From: a virus
DNA: 64,000 nucleotides
Virus record (IMG/VR): IMGVR_UViG_3300031951_000017
Coordinates: 32,001 to 96,000 of that record
Direction: 5' to 3' (one strand)
In this document: one piece after another, positions 1-10,241 of the stretch
How positions within the stretch are numbered: the stretch's first letter is position 1
How the letters are laid out: each line of letters begins with the position of its first letter
Made by a program: the position numbers and the translations under genes
Notes under the pieces: generated by a model
Told to the model about the DNA's origin: nothing
Seen by the model: the letters and a program-made list of their open reading frames with translations, nothing else
Databases searched by the model: none

Positions 1-1815
1 AGCTTCAGCACTTGCCATAATCACCGCAATCACATTAACTAGTGTTGGTTCAAACCCTAGGCCCGTATCACTACTTTGTATTTTTTCTTCAAGTGCTTTG
101 TTTAACGCGTCATCAATTTCTTTTTTCTTCTCATCAACCTTCGCATTCAAACCTTTAATATAGGTATCGAAAGAATTATCTCCATCTATTTGGTAGGTGA
201 CAATACTAGTTGTTTTTACTCCGTATTTTTCTAATTCAATTGTAATATCTTTTTTTTGACCACTTTCACCAGGTTTTGGAGCTTCTTGTGATGCTTGGTC
301 TTGTTGTGATTGAGTACTAGTACCCCCACCTCCAGTTATGAGTCCTTGTACTTCACTCTTTAACTGATTGATACTTACAGAATTAAATTCAAGTTGTAAT
401 TTTGATATTGTTATTTGTGTTGGTTCTTTACTATATCTTTGTCTATATGTCTCAGGAAAATCAATATCACTATCGGTAACAATTCTCAAAAATTTTTCAT
501 AGTTAACCTGTTCTGCAGGATTGACAATTCTTGTAGATATAATCTTATTATTAACAATAACATTTCCAGGTAATAACCCAAACGTTGGGTTTTTCATCAT
601 TTGGTCTTGGAACTTTTTTAATACCGTATCTAAAGATTGTAATGATTCAAGTATTCCCCCACCTACCGCATAATTTGGTTTTAGTTTATATACTTTCAAT
701 CCTTTAGTTGTTACCCAAAACTCATTTTTTGTACAATACTTACCAAACCAACTATCTTCACCAGTGTAAGCCACTACTTCACCTTCATATTGTCTTAATA
801 TTTCTCTAAAATTTTTAACTTCTGTTTGTGAACTTAAATCTTGTTTACCAAATGATTCAAGAACATATCTTTCCATAAATTCTAACTTGTTCATTAATTG
901 TTTTACAGTTAGTTCAGGAAAAGTATTTGGTATTAAATTTTTAGCTTTGTATTCAGAATAAACTTCTTTAATTTTTTGTAGTCCTTTTGACTCATTTATT
1001 GTAATAACATCATTAGTTAATGGTGTTGCCCCTGCAGCAATTGTTGGACTAACTTGGTATTTTTTATTGTACATGTATGGTACCGCAAGTACGTTACCTA
1101 ACATTAAACTATTAAGGATGTTATATTTGAAGGCGGACATCCTTAAACTTATATTGTAATTACCTGTTGTGGTATCAAATCTTGCAGCAAAACTCGTTAG
1201 TGTTAATTGGTATTTAACCGCTTGACCTATATAACCTTTAATAGTTAAATAAAAAATAGGGTATGGAAGATTAAAAAATGCCGCGTATGGAGAATTCTCA
1301 CCTTTCTCAAATAAAGCCCTTCCTCGTATGTCAACTAACTCTATTTGAACTTCGGGTTGTCCAATATTTTGGTTTTCAACTATGATAGAAGTGATACCTA
1401 ATAAACCAGTATCAACATTATTAATTGTTTGTTGTTGGAAATAGTACTCTGTGGACTTGTCAGCTCCTGAAACTTTTTGTCCTTTTTCTGATGGTTGGTT
1501 TAACCCTTGTCCACTTCTACTATTTTCACCTGTAAACTCATCGTAAAACTCATTCTTTAGTAATGATTCTCCACCAGGTTTTAAAAAGTTAATTGAGGCT
1601 ATGTTAACAACTTCAGCTGTGGCACCTTGTGAACCACTTGCCAACCTTGTTCTAGGAAATAAATTACATTCTAAATTTGCAAAACAAACAAGATTCTCAG
1701 GTGGTAAAAATCTCTCACCAACTTTACCCTCACTATCAATTACTTTATTTGGGTCAACAAGAATGATGTTCTCATAATCAAATTCAACCAATACATTTTT
1801 GTTTTCACCTACCAT
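1..1815 (-). CDS. Large structural protein, probable baseplate hub component; runs off the left edge; not in ORF track
   Basis: ATG at 1815 gives MVGENKNVLVEFDYENIILVDPNK...; the same frame reads ...IAVIMASAEA at positions 30-1 (605 codons). Contains LLGITSI...LVDIRGRALFE...FFNLPYP. Lies right after the gp53/LysM-like wedge gene. Confidence 0.65.
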   Translation of the reverse strand, partial: MVGENKNVLVEFDYENIILVDPNKVIDSEGKVGERFLPPENLVCFANLECNLFPRTRLASGSQGATAEVVNIASINFLKPGGESLLKNEFYDEFTGENSRSGQGLNQPSEKGQKVSGADKSTEYYFQQQTINNVDTGLLGITSIIVENQNIGQPEVQIELVDIRGRALFEKGENSPYAAFFNLPYPIFYLTIKGYIGQAVKYQLTLTSFAARFDTTTGNYNISLRMSAFKYNILNSLMLGNVLAVPYMYNKKYQVSPTIAAGATPLTNDVITINESKGLQKIKEVYSEYKAKNLIPNTFPELTVKQLMNKLEFMERYVLESFGKQDLSSQTEVKNFREILRQYEGEVVAYTGEDSWFGKYCTKNEFWVTTKGLKVYKLKPNYAVGGGILESLQSLDTVLKKFQDQMMKNPTFGLLPGNVIVNNKIISTRIVNPAEQVNYEKFLRIVTDSDIDFPETYRQRYSKEPTQITISKLQLEFNSVSINQLKSEVQGLITGGGGTSTQSQQDQASQEAPKPGESGQKKDITIELEKYGVKTTSIVTYQIDGDNSFDTYIKGLNAKVDEKKKEIDDALNKALEEKIQSSDTGLGFEPTLVNVIAVIMASAEA

Positions 1816-2128
1816 AATAATAAAAATGAGTATCTAATAAAGTTTTATAGTCTTGTAATGAAGGTATTAAAGGAAATGGAATTGTCAATAAACCATTGTC
1901 AGGAATTCCACTTTCTAATCCACCATATTGTGGATTTGCTTGTAAAATTAACCAACCATATAAAGGTGAACCATAATATTCTTGTGAAATCTTATCTAAT
2001 CTAGAAACGTTTGATATATAAATGTATTTTTTGTCCGTAGATTTACCATTAAGTTTAATTCCAGGGACAACAGTCTGTTTTCCATTAATCAAAAATAAAC
2101 TATATCTATCGTAAGTACTTTCAGCCAT
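1805..2128 (-). CDS. Baseplate wedge protein, LysM-like (T4 gp53 / P2 gpX type)
   Basis: RLDKISQEYYGSPLYGWLILQANP motif; position after the tape measure and tube-initiator genes. Confidence 0.75.
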   Translation of the reverse strand: MAESTYDRYSLFLINGKQTVVPGIKLNGKSTDKKYIYISNVSRLDKISQEYYGSPLYGWLILQANPQYGGLESGIPDNGLLTIPFPLIPSLQDYKTLLDTHFYYYGR

Positions 2129-2130
2129 AA

Positions 2131-5100
2131 TTAATTGAATTTATGTTTACCATTAAAGGTCGATTTATCCTCGTTTGAGTTACCTGTCTTGTAAATATTT
2201 AATAATCTATCTTTCCAAGTCCCGTCAGCAGGAATAATAGCATAATTATACTTTCTATCAACATTTTTTATACTAGTATCTAATTTTAGATAAGTCTGTC
2301 CTTCAGCAGAATCACTCCAAGTTTTAATTTTTTGTTGAGCCTTTGTTATCTCAGTTAAATAAACTTTATAACTTTCGAACCTTACTTTTAATTCAATTTG
2401 AGCCGTAGTTCTATCGTTACTATCTTCAATATTTTCTGTTAGTTTTTTTGTTAAATCTGTAAGTTCGGCATCATTTCCTAAATATTTGGACATTATAACA
2501 ACAAATAAAGCATCTTGATTGGTTAAATCTAAAATAGCGAAATTAGTATCCGTTGTCTTATAATTAACATTACCTAATAGTCCTGTACCACTGATTGAGG
2601 TGTAAAAATTATTTAAATTATCAGTTATTGTTTTGTAATCGGCTTTTAATTTATCATCACTACCACCAATACCACTAATAGATAATAATTCTACTGATTG
2701 GTCACTTTTAATTTGACCATCATAACTTCCAGACACCAGGTCCATTTTTTCAAAAAATAAAACCATTGATTGTTGTTGTTCAATAGAACTTTGGATGTAT
2801 TTAGAAATATCTGTAGTAAAATCAATCTTATATGTGTTTAAAAAATTCACAAAATTTGAATTAATCTTTTTTCTGTCTTTTCTTTTAACAATGTTTTTAT
2901 ACACATCATTGTTTTGATACGATAAACTCTCATCTTCAACTGCGGTAATTAAACTACTTATCATACCATCAACTGATGTTTGTATACTATCCGTTTTACC
3001 TAATATTTGAAGTGGCATTTCGTCATTATAAGGTTGTACTTTACCTTTAGAGTATAATTGTTTTGATGTCGCGATTTTTAAAATTACATCGTTATATATT
3101 AAACTAGTATCAGTCAAATACGTAATAAATGCATTTACATAATTTTGAGCAGAATCAAATGTTTCATCAAATAACTTCTTATAATTAAGTGTTCCTCCGG
3201 TTGCATTACTACTTTCAACAACCCCTAAATATGTTCCTCCATTATTTTGAACCGCGTTTTGAACAGTTGTTGCCCCTGAAGATTCGTTTCTATCACTTAA
3301 TATTTTCTTAACTAAATCTTCGTCTAATTTCTTAAATGAATCATCGGTCCACTCCGCCCTCTCATCAAATATTTCAGTATTAGCGTAGTAGTTAAACGAT
3401 AACGCATTTTGTAATGTATCAATAGGTTCTTTTAATCCTGAACCACCAACAAATTTAAAAGTCATATTAATCTTAGCAATCATTGGTTGGAAACCGATTC
3501 CTTCGGGATTAAAATCAAATAAATTTTCATATGTAATTCCTATTGACTCAGGAATTATTCTAGTATTATAAAAGTCACCAATTCTTAAAATAAGCACTGG
3601 TGGTGCTCCAAATGCAGTATTAGTCGCTGATGAATATTTAGGTTTACCATCAGTACCAATTGTAGGTATTGTATCACCAGGTCTTGAACATTGATTAAGG
3701 AAAGTTAATCTTGAGTTCAAACCTTCGGGTGTCATTGAGTGGAAAGCAGGATGAAAATACTTCAATTTTTGTTTAATTGAATCATAAATCATCGGGTTTT
3801 CCTGTTGGATTGCGGTAAAGTAATCACATTCGGATAATAAATCTCTCAATATCTTTTTAGAAATTCCTTCTCTGATTTTTTGAGTTGTAGTTATTGTGGG
3901 TGGTACTACTGGTGGTGGTGGTACTAATGTTTCTTGTGGATTTGTTACCACAGTATCAGTTGTTGGGTTACCTTGTGGTGTATCACCACCTGGTTGACCC
4001 TCAACTTTAATTTCTTGTATTGCAACCCTTCTACACCACATAGCTTGATATGAATATATTTTATCATATCCAGTTACCCCAGTGTCAGCATCAGTACAAC
4101 TTTGTAAGGCTGTTGGTATGTTAGCTCCACTATCACTTTTAACTTTTGGTTGTGACTCAGTTTCTTCCTCCCCTTTACCATTTGGTTCAACAACTATCTT
4201 TCTTTCAGCAGCATCACTCATATATTTACCTAAAACAGTACTTTTTAAGTAATTTTCAACAGAAGAAATTCTTCTTTGTGATAAGTTAACATTATATCCT
4301 TGTGAAGCTGGAGCTGATGCACTACCTCTTAATTTCAGAATAATTTTAGTGACTTTTGGATTTTGTTCCATAAAATCAAATAATTCTTTAACAAAAGCGT
4401 CACTTTCAGTACGATTATATTCGACTACATTTTTAAATGTGAACTCAACTCGTTGTTTTGCTAATTGTTTTTCTTCTTGAGTTTGTGGTTTTATCGTTGA
4501 CTTATCTAAATATTCGGTCTCTCTTCCTAAATAATCTGTATAAGTACTTAACCAATTTACATCAGTTTTAGTAATTCTTGTATTTGGATTTGGTTGGTCA
4601 TTATGAAAATACCATCCTAAATTCACCCATTTAGATGCAAGTTCATTACCTGGATTTGTAGTATTAGTATTATTATTAGCACTTGAGTCATTATTACCAC
4701 CCAATTCACCCCCTTCACTATTTGTCACAACCACTCCAGCTTCTTGAGCCGCAGTAGCTATTTGGTCAGCATTTGCCGATGGATTGGTGATTATCTGTTG
4801 ATAAACAAATAAATCTCTTGTAGGTATTGTTGTAAATCTTCGTGCTAATTCATATAAGTCGTATTTAACACATCCAGCAAAAAATGAATCAACAATAGAA
4901 TTTACTTTTTCAGTGTTTGACTCGTTTTGTAAAATTTTATTAGTGATAGTATTCAAAACTGATGGATGGTCAACAACCATTTTCCAAGATAAACTACCAC
5001 CACGAGTTGTACTTCTATAGGTATATATTGGTTCTGGTCGACCCAAAACTTCAATACCATCAAATCTAGGTGATATTGTTTCACTGAATGTTAAATCATA

Positions 5101-7116
5101 TGGTGGAAACCACATTACTCTACCCCCATTTGGACCTCTTTCACATACAGGTAAATCGTCATATGTAAATCCTGGTCTATTTGATGTTCTCCAAGCTAAA
5201 TTTTCAATGGAAAACATATATTTTTTAACTTTGTTATCTTTAATATTAGTTGACCCAGGATTTTTTAAAGGTGCAATATTCAAATTGTATGAACTATCCA
5301 CAATAGAATACGTGAATTTTCTTCCAGCATTTGTAATACCATCTGTTTTTTGTAAATCAGCAAATGTGTAATATGGTGTATCTTTAGTGAAAACTCGACA
5401 ATATTCAACCCCACCACCGTGTTTATTAGTTGCCGCATCATAAGTATACGAAACAACTTTTGAACCTTTCGTCATTTCCTTATATCCATCGTGAAATACT
5501 TTTGATAATTGATTAATAGCATTACCAACGTGTGATAATCTTGCAGCACCTTCAGGAGTTGATTCTAATAATCTTTGTGTATTATCAAGGATACTATCAT
5601 TTCTGAAATCAATATTTGTGGAAACAGAACTTCCATCAAACTGACTACTAATTTGGTTAAATTCTGAGTCTTGTGTTGATGCTGCATCACCTCCAACAGT
5701 CGCTTTAAATCCAGCGTTATTATATTTTGTAGATGTCCAAGTAAATCCTCCAGTAATACCACCAGCATCTATCGTTGTTTTACCAGCTAATCCAAATTTA
5801 AAATTTTGGTCTTCTCCCTCATACAACTTACCCATAACATCGGGTCCAACAACAGGTGATTTTACTTGTTGCCCAACTGAATTAATAGGTAATTGACCCG
5901 GAGGTGAAAAAATGTCTGATGGGTCTGAGTTATTTGCCCCAATATAAAAATCAGATGGTGGTGCTTGTTCACCATCTAACAAATTTTCAATACCTTCCAA
6001 GATACCTCTACCGAGATTTCTTAACGCACCTCTGTCATATCTTGGTTTATATTTATTATAGTCAATACTATTGAATAGTAGTGACCTTTGACCAAAACTA
6101 GTGTTATTTAAAAATAACTGAGAAGGATTTGTATCATTTTTTAGTAATCCAAAAAACTTACCTATAGCAGTTTCTCTAGGGTCTTTACCACCACCAAATG
6201 CAGATGTTATTTGATTTAATGCCGTTGGTCTCCACTGAGCCATATCCTCATCAAAATAATCACCAGGGATAACTGAAGACGGATAATATGTTCCTGAAAG
6301 TCTAAGTAAAAAATCGGCACCTGCAACAACTGGATTAGCCGCAACTGTAATTCTATAATTTAAATCTATTAAAGGTCGTCGACCTGCCGCTACTTGTTGT
6401 GCAAAAACAGGGTCTTGTAAGGCTTCTGTTAAATTTTCTCTGCCCGATGTATTTCTTTCAATTTCTCTGTCAATCCTATATTGAAACGCGTCCCTTAAAA
6501 AAGTTGCTGACAACTGAGCTAACATACTATCTTGAGATACACTTCCATCTGAACCTTGTGGGTTATCACTTCCTAAAATATCATATGGAGAATAAGTAGA
6601 TGGTACAAAACTTATTGGGTTTGGATTCGCATAAAATGTGAACGTTGGGACAAATTGTATATTATTAATCGTCTCCAAAAATACCTCGTCAAAAGAGTAT
6701 TTGTTAAGGGATGGGATGTTTTGTTCTGCCGAAACTTGTGCAAAACTTGGCCAACCTTGTCCCACCAAACTTTGTTCAGGTAGTGAAGCGTCCATAACAG
6801 TATATTCACCCCCATTAGCATTTTGAACTAATGGTTGTGATTGTGTTATAGTAACCCCATATCCACCTTGTGGTCCGTATTCATTTAAAACATAAAGTCC
6901 GTGGAATTGGGGTGGTATAAGATTTGAGGGTGGGTCGTCAATAAGTCCGTTTGGTGAGTCAACTACCGAAAAATTATTTTGATTATATTCATAATTTTGT
7001 TCGGCAACAGGTGGTGTGAACGCACCAGCAATAGTATATGGTTGTAAATTCCTTACAACTAGACTATCTCTAAATGTTGACGTATTTAAAAACGATAATG
7101 GACTATCTATTGGCAT
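2131..7116 (-). CDS. 1661-aa baseplate/tube-initiator-like protein with an inserted OmpA-like peptidoglycan-binding domain
   Basis: FPPYDLTFSE..LGRPEPIYTY and PPVLILRIGDFYNT tube-initiator-like segments flank GSASAPASQGYNVNLSQRR...GKGE...CRRV (OmpA C-terminal-like). Confidence 0.6.
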   Translation of the reverse strand: MPIDSPLSFLNTSTFRDSLVVRNLQPYTIAGAFTPPVAEQNYEYNQNNFSVVDSPNGLIDDPPSNLIPPQFHGLYVLNEYGPQGGYGVTITQSQPLVQNANGGEYTVMDASLPEQSLVGQGWPSFAQVSAEQNIPSLNKYSFDEVFLETINNIQFVPTFTFYANPNPISFVPSTYSPYDILGSDNPQGSDGSVSQDSMLAQLSATFLRDAFQYRIDREIERNTSGRENLTEALQDPVFAQQVAAGRRPLIDLNYRITVAANPVVAGADFLLRLSGTYYPSSVIPGDYFDEDMAQWRPTALNQITSAFGGGKDPRETAIGKFFGLLKNDTNPSQLFLNNTSFGQRSLLFNSIDYNKYKPRYDRGALRNLGRGILEGIENLLDGEQAPPSDFYIGANNSDPSDIFSPPGQLPINSVGQQVKSPVVGPDVMGKLYEGEDQNFKFGLAGKTTIDAGGITGGFTWTSTKYNNAGFKATVGGDAASTQDSEFNQISSQFDGSSVSTNIDFRNDSILDNTQRLLESTPEGAARLSHVGNAINQLSKVFHDGYKEMTKGSKVVSYTYDAATNKHGGGVEYCRVFTKDTPYYTFADLQKTDGITNAGRKFTYSIVDSSYNLNIAPLKNPGSTNIKDNKVKKYMFSIENLAWRTSNRPGFTYDDLPVCERGPNGGRVMWFPPYDLTFSETISPRFDGIEVLGRPEPIYTYRSTTRGGSLSWKMVVDHPSVLNTITNKILQNESNTEKVNSIVDSFFAGCVKYDLYELARRFTTIPTRDLFVYQQIITNPSANADQIATAAQEAGVVVTNSEGGELGGNNDSSANNNTNTTNPGNELASKWVNLGWYFHNDQPNPNTRITKTDVNWLSTYTDYLGRETEYLDKSTIKPQTQEEKQLAKQRVEFTFKNVVEYNRTESDAFVKELFDFMEQNPKVTKIILKLRGSASAPASQGYNVNLSQRRISSVENYLKSTVLGKYMSDAAERKIVVEPNGKGEEETESQPKVKSDSGANIPTALQSCTDADTGVTGYDKIYSYQAMWCRRVAIQEIKVEGQPGGDTPQGNPTTDTVVTNPQETLVPPPPVVPPTITTTQKIREGISKKILRDLLSECDYFTAIQQENPMIYDSIKQKLKYFHPAFHSMTPEGLNSRLTFLNQCSRPGDTIPTIGTDGKPKYSSATNTAFGAPPVLILRIGDFYNTRIIPESIGITYENLFDFNPEGIGFQPMIAKINMTFKFVGGSGLKEPIDTLQNALSFNYYANTEIFDERAEWTDDSFKKLDEDLVKKILSDRNESSGATTVQNAVQNNGGTYLGVVESSNATGGTLNYKKLFDETFDSAQNYVNAFITYLTDTSLIYNDVILKIATSKQLYSKGKVQPYNDEMPLQILGKTDSIQTSVDGMISSLITAVEDESLSYQNNDVYKNIVKRKDRKKINSNFVNFLNTYKIDFTTDISKYIQSSIEQQQSMVLFFEKMDLVSGSYDGQIKSDQSVELLSISGIGGSDDKLKADYKTITDNLNNFYTSISGTGLLGNVNYKTTDTNFAILDLTNQDALFVVIMSKYLGNDAELTDLTKKLTENIEDSNDRTTAQIELKVRFESYKVYLTEITKAQQKIKTWSDSAEGQTYLKLDTSIKNVDRKYNYAIIPADGTWKDRLLNIYKTGNSNEDKSTFNGKHKFN

Positions 7117-7144
7117 ACATTAATAAATACATTTAATCTATTTT

Positions 7145-9118
7145 TTATCCAAAAGATTCTCTTTTGTAATAGTCCATTTGTTTAATAAATTGATTTTTAA
7201 ATTCGTTTGAATACACAATATTACTTAATGCGGTATTAAATTGTGTTGCATCTAATTTAATATTCATTTCGTGAGTATGTTTTACCTCCTCAGTTTTTGA
7301 GGTCGTTTGAGGGTTCGTATTAACCGCTATGTTTGGTGACGCTAATATTTTATCTTCAGGGTCAATCATTGTTGCAAATTTACCCTTAATATCTGAAACC
7401 ATAATTCCATCTTTATTTATAAGAGCATCTTGTACTTGAGTTACAGGTGGTGTTATTGTTTGAACCTCATTAGAGGTTGGGGAAACTTTGTTAATCATAT
7501 CCTGTACTACTGATGGTACTTCTATAGCCTTTTGTCCAGTGTGTGTTTGTTCATATTTTTGTCTAGCCTTTTCGTATTCTTCAGAAATATTAATTTGTGA
7601 TATTTTTTTAACAATTTCTTTAGAACCGTCTACCATATTATTTGCAACCTTACCTAACGCATCAGATAAGGATAAATCACCATTTTTTAAAGAAGTAGAT
7701 ACATCACTTAAAGACGATGTGACAGAATTAATACCCTCTCTTAATCCTTGAGTACTAATTTGTTGATTTATAGTATCTAAAACAGGTGTAAAAGCCCCTC
7801 CAATCATTTCTTTAATTCCAGTTAAAACATTACTAGTTGCTGCGGCTCTTATTGGTTTATCAGTCAATAATGCCGTGTTATTAGCAACCTCTTTCAACAA
7901 ACCATTAGCGTCAATTTGTAATTGTTCAATTGTTTTAGAAGCATTTTCTTGAGCCTTTTTTAACCCCGCCATGTCATCAATACCTCTACTTTTATCAACA
8001 GTTAAGCTATCAACAGCCTTTTTTACATTTTGACCTAATTTTTCATCATAAATTTCAACTTCAAATTTACCAGTTTGTTCGTTAAGTTGAGCCATATTAG
8101 CAATCAACTTTCGAGTATCATCAGAGGCAAATTCATCGGCAGTTGGGAACTTAATTTGACTCATTTTTTTACTTAATTCTGAAGACTCAATACCTAAATT
8201 TAGAAATTCATCGGTTGTCATATTAACTAATTTAGCAATTTCCCTTACCTCTCTCCCCGCACCTGGCATCATCTGGAATCTTCCTTGTTCTTTATTAAAC
8301 TCAACATATCTTTGGGAAAGTTCAATAAGATTTTTCTGTAGTTCTTCAGGGTCATTTTCCGCCATATTCATTAATGATATTGGGTCAAGTAATCCACTAA
8401 TTTGGACTCCCATCCTTTGCAATCCTGCGGCTAAATCCACTGCTTGTTGCGGGTCAAATAACTTCTCCGCAAGTTGTAAAGTGTTTGACATGTTATATTT
8501 CAACATCACAGCTTCAGCTGCCATTTTGGCCATACCTTGGACGCCATTATCAAAATTATATAGATTTAAAGTTTTAACATTTTTTTCGAGTTCATCGTAA
8601 ACAGCACCTGCGGACACCCCAATTGACAATGCGTTTTGTACTATCTTTTCACCTTGGGTTACTACCCCATTGGCACTATAACCTAATTTTGTAAAGGTGT
8701 CGTATGCTTTAGATGCTTGAGCAGTTGCATCCTCACCAATTCCTTTAGTAATATCACCTAATGCTAATAATTGACTATATTGTTGTTGTTGTAATAGGAA
8801 ATTAGTTTTTTCAATTCCTGTAATGTTACCCCTAAGTTTTTGTAAATCAACTAATGTAAATCCTAGTTTTTGTGCAGCGTCCGCGGCACCAAGTATATTT
8901 TCCCTAACTCTATCAGCATTTGCTGCCCCACCCCCTAATTCTTTGTTAAAAGTAATTGAAATTTCTTCAAATTTATCGAAAGTTTCAACAATTGTTTTAC
9001 TTATACCATCTAATTTAATACCTAAGGCATTAATAGCATCACTTAATGGTGTTATATTATCAAGTTTGTTTTGATTTAATTGACTACCTCCTGTATTATT
9101 ATCTGTAGATTGTAACAT
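7145..9118 (-). CDS. Tape measure protein
   Basis: Helical Ala/Gln/Leu-rich 657 aa; canonical position after tube and chaperone genes. Confidence 0.7.
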   Translation of the reverse strand: MLQSTDNNTGGSQLNQNKLDNITPLSDAINALGIKLDGISKTIVETFDKFEEISITFNKELGGGAANADRVRENILGAADAAQKLGFTLVDLQKLRGNITGIEKTNFLLQQQQYSQLLALGDITKGIGEDATAQASKAYDTFTKLGYSANGVVTQGEKIVQNALSIGVSAGAVYDELEKNVKTLNLYNFDNGVQGMAKMAAEAVMLKYNMSNTLQLAEKLFDPQQAVDLAAGLQRMGVQISGLLDPISLMNMAENDPEELQKNLIELSQRYVEFNKEQGRFQMMPGAGREVREIAKLVNMTTDEFLNLGIESSELSKKMSQIKFPTADEFASDDTRKLIANMAQLNEQTGKFEVEIYDEKLGQNVKKAVDSLTVDKSRGIDDMAGLKKAQENASKTIEQLQIDANGLLKEVANNTALLTDKPIRAAATSNVLTGIKEMIGGAFTPVLDTINQQISTQGLREGINSVTSSLSDVSTSLKNGDLSLSDALGKVANNMVDGSKEIVKKISQINISEEYEKARQKYEQTHTGQKAIEVPSVVQDMINKVSPTSNEVQTITPPVTQVQDALINKDGIMVSDIKGKFATMIDPEDKILASPNIAVNTNPQTTSKTEEVKHTHEMNIKLDATQFNTALSNIVYSNEFKNQFIKQMDYYKRESFG

Positions 9119-9145
9119 AGTTTTTTTTAAATAAATAGATTCAAA

Positions 9146-9307
9146 TTAATTTTCCTTTGGTTTACTATCCTCTATATATTTGTCAAGTAAAAATCTACGT
9201 GTACTTACTGGCATGGTCATAAAATCAGAATACGAAATTCTTAAAAACCTAGCTAAATAATAAAATTCTAAATTTTGATTTTGTCTATAATCAGAAGAAA
9301 GGGCGAA
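9146..9307 (-). CDS. Tail assembly chaperone C-terminal extension (gpT / T4 gp51-like), probably made by +1 frameshift; not in ORF track
   Basis: The +1 frame overlapping the end of 9291..10043 reads FALSSDYRQNQNLEFYYLARFLRISYSDFMTMPVSTRRFLLDKYIEDSKPKEN*. Confidence 0.7.
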   Translation of the reverse strand, partial: FALSSDYRQNQNLEFYYLARFLRISYSDFMTMPVSTRRFLLDKYIEDSKPKEN

Positions 9308-10043
9308 AAAACTCAACCCCAAAGAGAATATTAACAGAAATCTCTTTTCCTGACGGGGTAATAACTTGTCTTCTTAAATCCAATTTAGGTTCATTCTTAT
9401 CTATATAATTTTTAATATACTTTGAATCCATGATAGGCATAGATTCAATAAATTTAGATATTAATTCTCTGTCAGTTGAGCCGTCAACCGAGACAATCAT
9501 TTTATTTAATCTCAATGTTTGTTTTGGGGCGATTCTACCAGGAGGATAGGATTCAACCATTCGTTCAATTTCTTGAGTATCCCCTAAAGTGAGAGGTCTA
9601 ATTTTTACACTATTTCCTGATTTTGGTAGTGTGATTTGAAATGTACCGTCTTCATCAGGTTCAGCATCAACATCTGTAGAGTATAACTCTGTTAGATATA
9701 TTTCAGTTGAGAACTCTTTACTAGTATCGGGGTCAGTTGCGGTAATTTCATACGTTGGTCCGAAGGAAGTGTTTCTTAAAAAGATAAGAATCGCTTCTAC
9801 ATCACCATTTAATAATTCTTCAGGACGAATATCAGGTTCATATATTTTGTTTCTCAAAAGTGTCATAACAACACCTTCACGTAAAGTACCACCTGCCATC
9901 AAAATATTTTCATCTGACGCAGTTAAATAACCAATTTTTAATGTTTTCTTTTTATTCTTATAGAATTTACCTCTAGATGGTAGAGTTACCACGTCGTGAG
10001 GCAAGTTAAAATTCATTTGTCCATATTGAGCACTTTGGTCCAT
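9291..10043 (-). CDS. Tail assembly chaperone / baseplate hub assembly protein (T4 gp26-like)
   Basis: VTLPSRGKFY...YLTASDENIL, ends GVEFFRPFF; lies between tube and tape measure genes. Confidence 0.7.
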   Translation of the reverse strand: MDQSAQYGQMNFNLPHDVVTLPSRGKFYKNKKKTLKIGYLTASDENILMAGGTLREGVVMTLLRNKIYEPDIRPEELLNGDVEAILIFLRNTSFGPTYEITATDPDTSKEFSTEIYLTELYSTDVDAEPDEDGTFQITLPKSGNSVKIRPLTLGDTQEIERMVESYPPGRIAPKQTLRLNKMIVSVDGSTDRELISKFIESMPIMDSKYIKNYIDKNEPKLDLRRQVITPSGKEISVNILFGVEFFRPFF

Positions 10044-10082
10044 AGTCTTTTTTTAGATAAAATAAGTTTGAAATTTAAAAAA

Positions 10083-10196
10083 TCAATCTTTCTTATCTTT
10101 TTTGTTGTGTCTGTTTTCAAATTCTTCTTCTGTTTCAAACACTTTACCACATTGTGGACATACATACTCGGTATTACCTGAAAAAAAAAGTTCCAT
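10083..10196 (-). CDS. 37-aa zinc-finger-like microprotein; not in ORF track
   Basis: MELFFSGNTEYVCPQCGKVFETEEEFENRHNKKDKKD*; YxCxxCxxxF pattern. Confidence 0.5.
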   Translation of the reverse strand: MELFFSGNTEYVCPQCGKVFETEEEFENRHNKKDKKD

Positions 10197-10218
10197 ACAC
10201 ATAAGTATATGGAACTTT
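10181..10218 (-). terminator. Rho-independent terminator after the tail tube gene
   Basis: mRNA AAAGUUCCAUAUAC-UUAU-GUGUAUGGAACUUU, running into a 9-U tract. Confidence 0.8.
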
Positions 10219-10241
10219 AATATATAAATCAATGAAAAATT

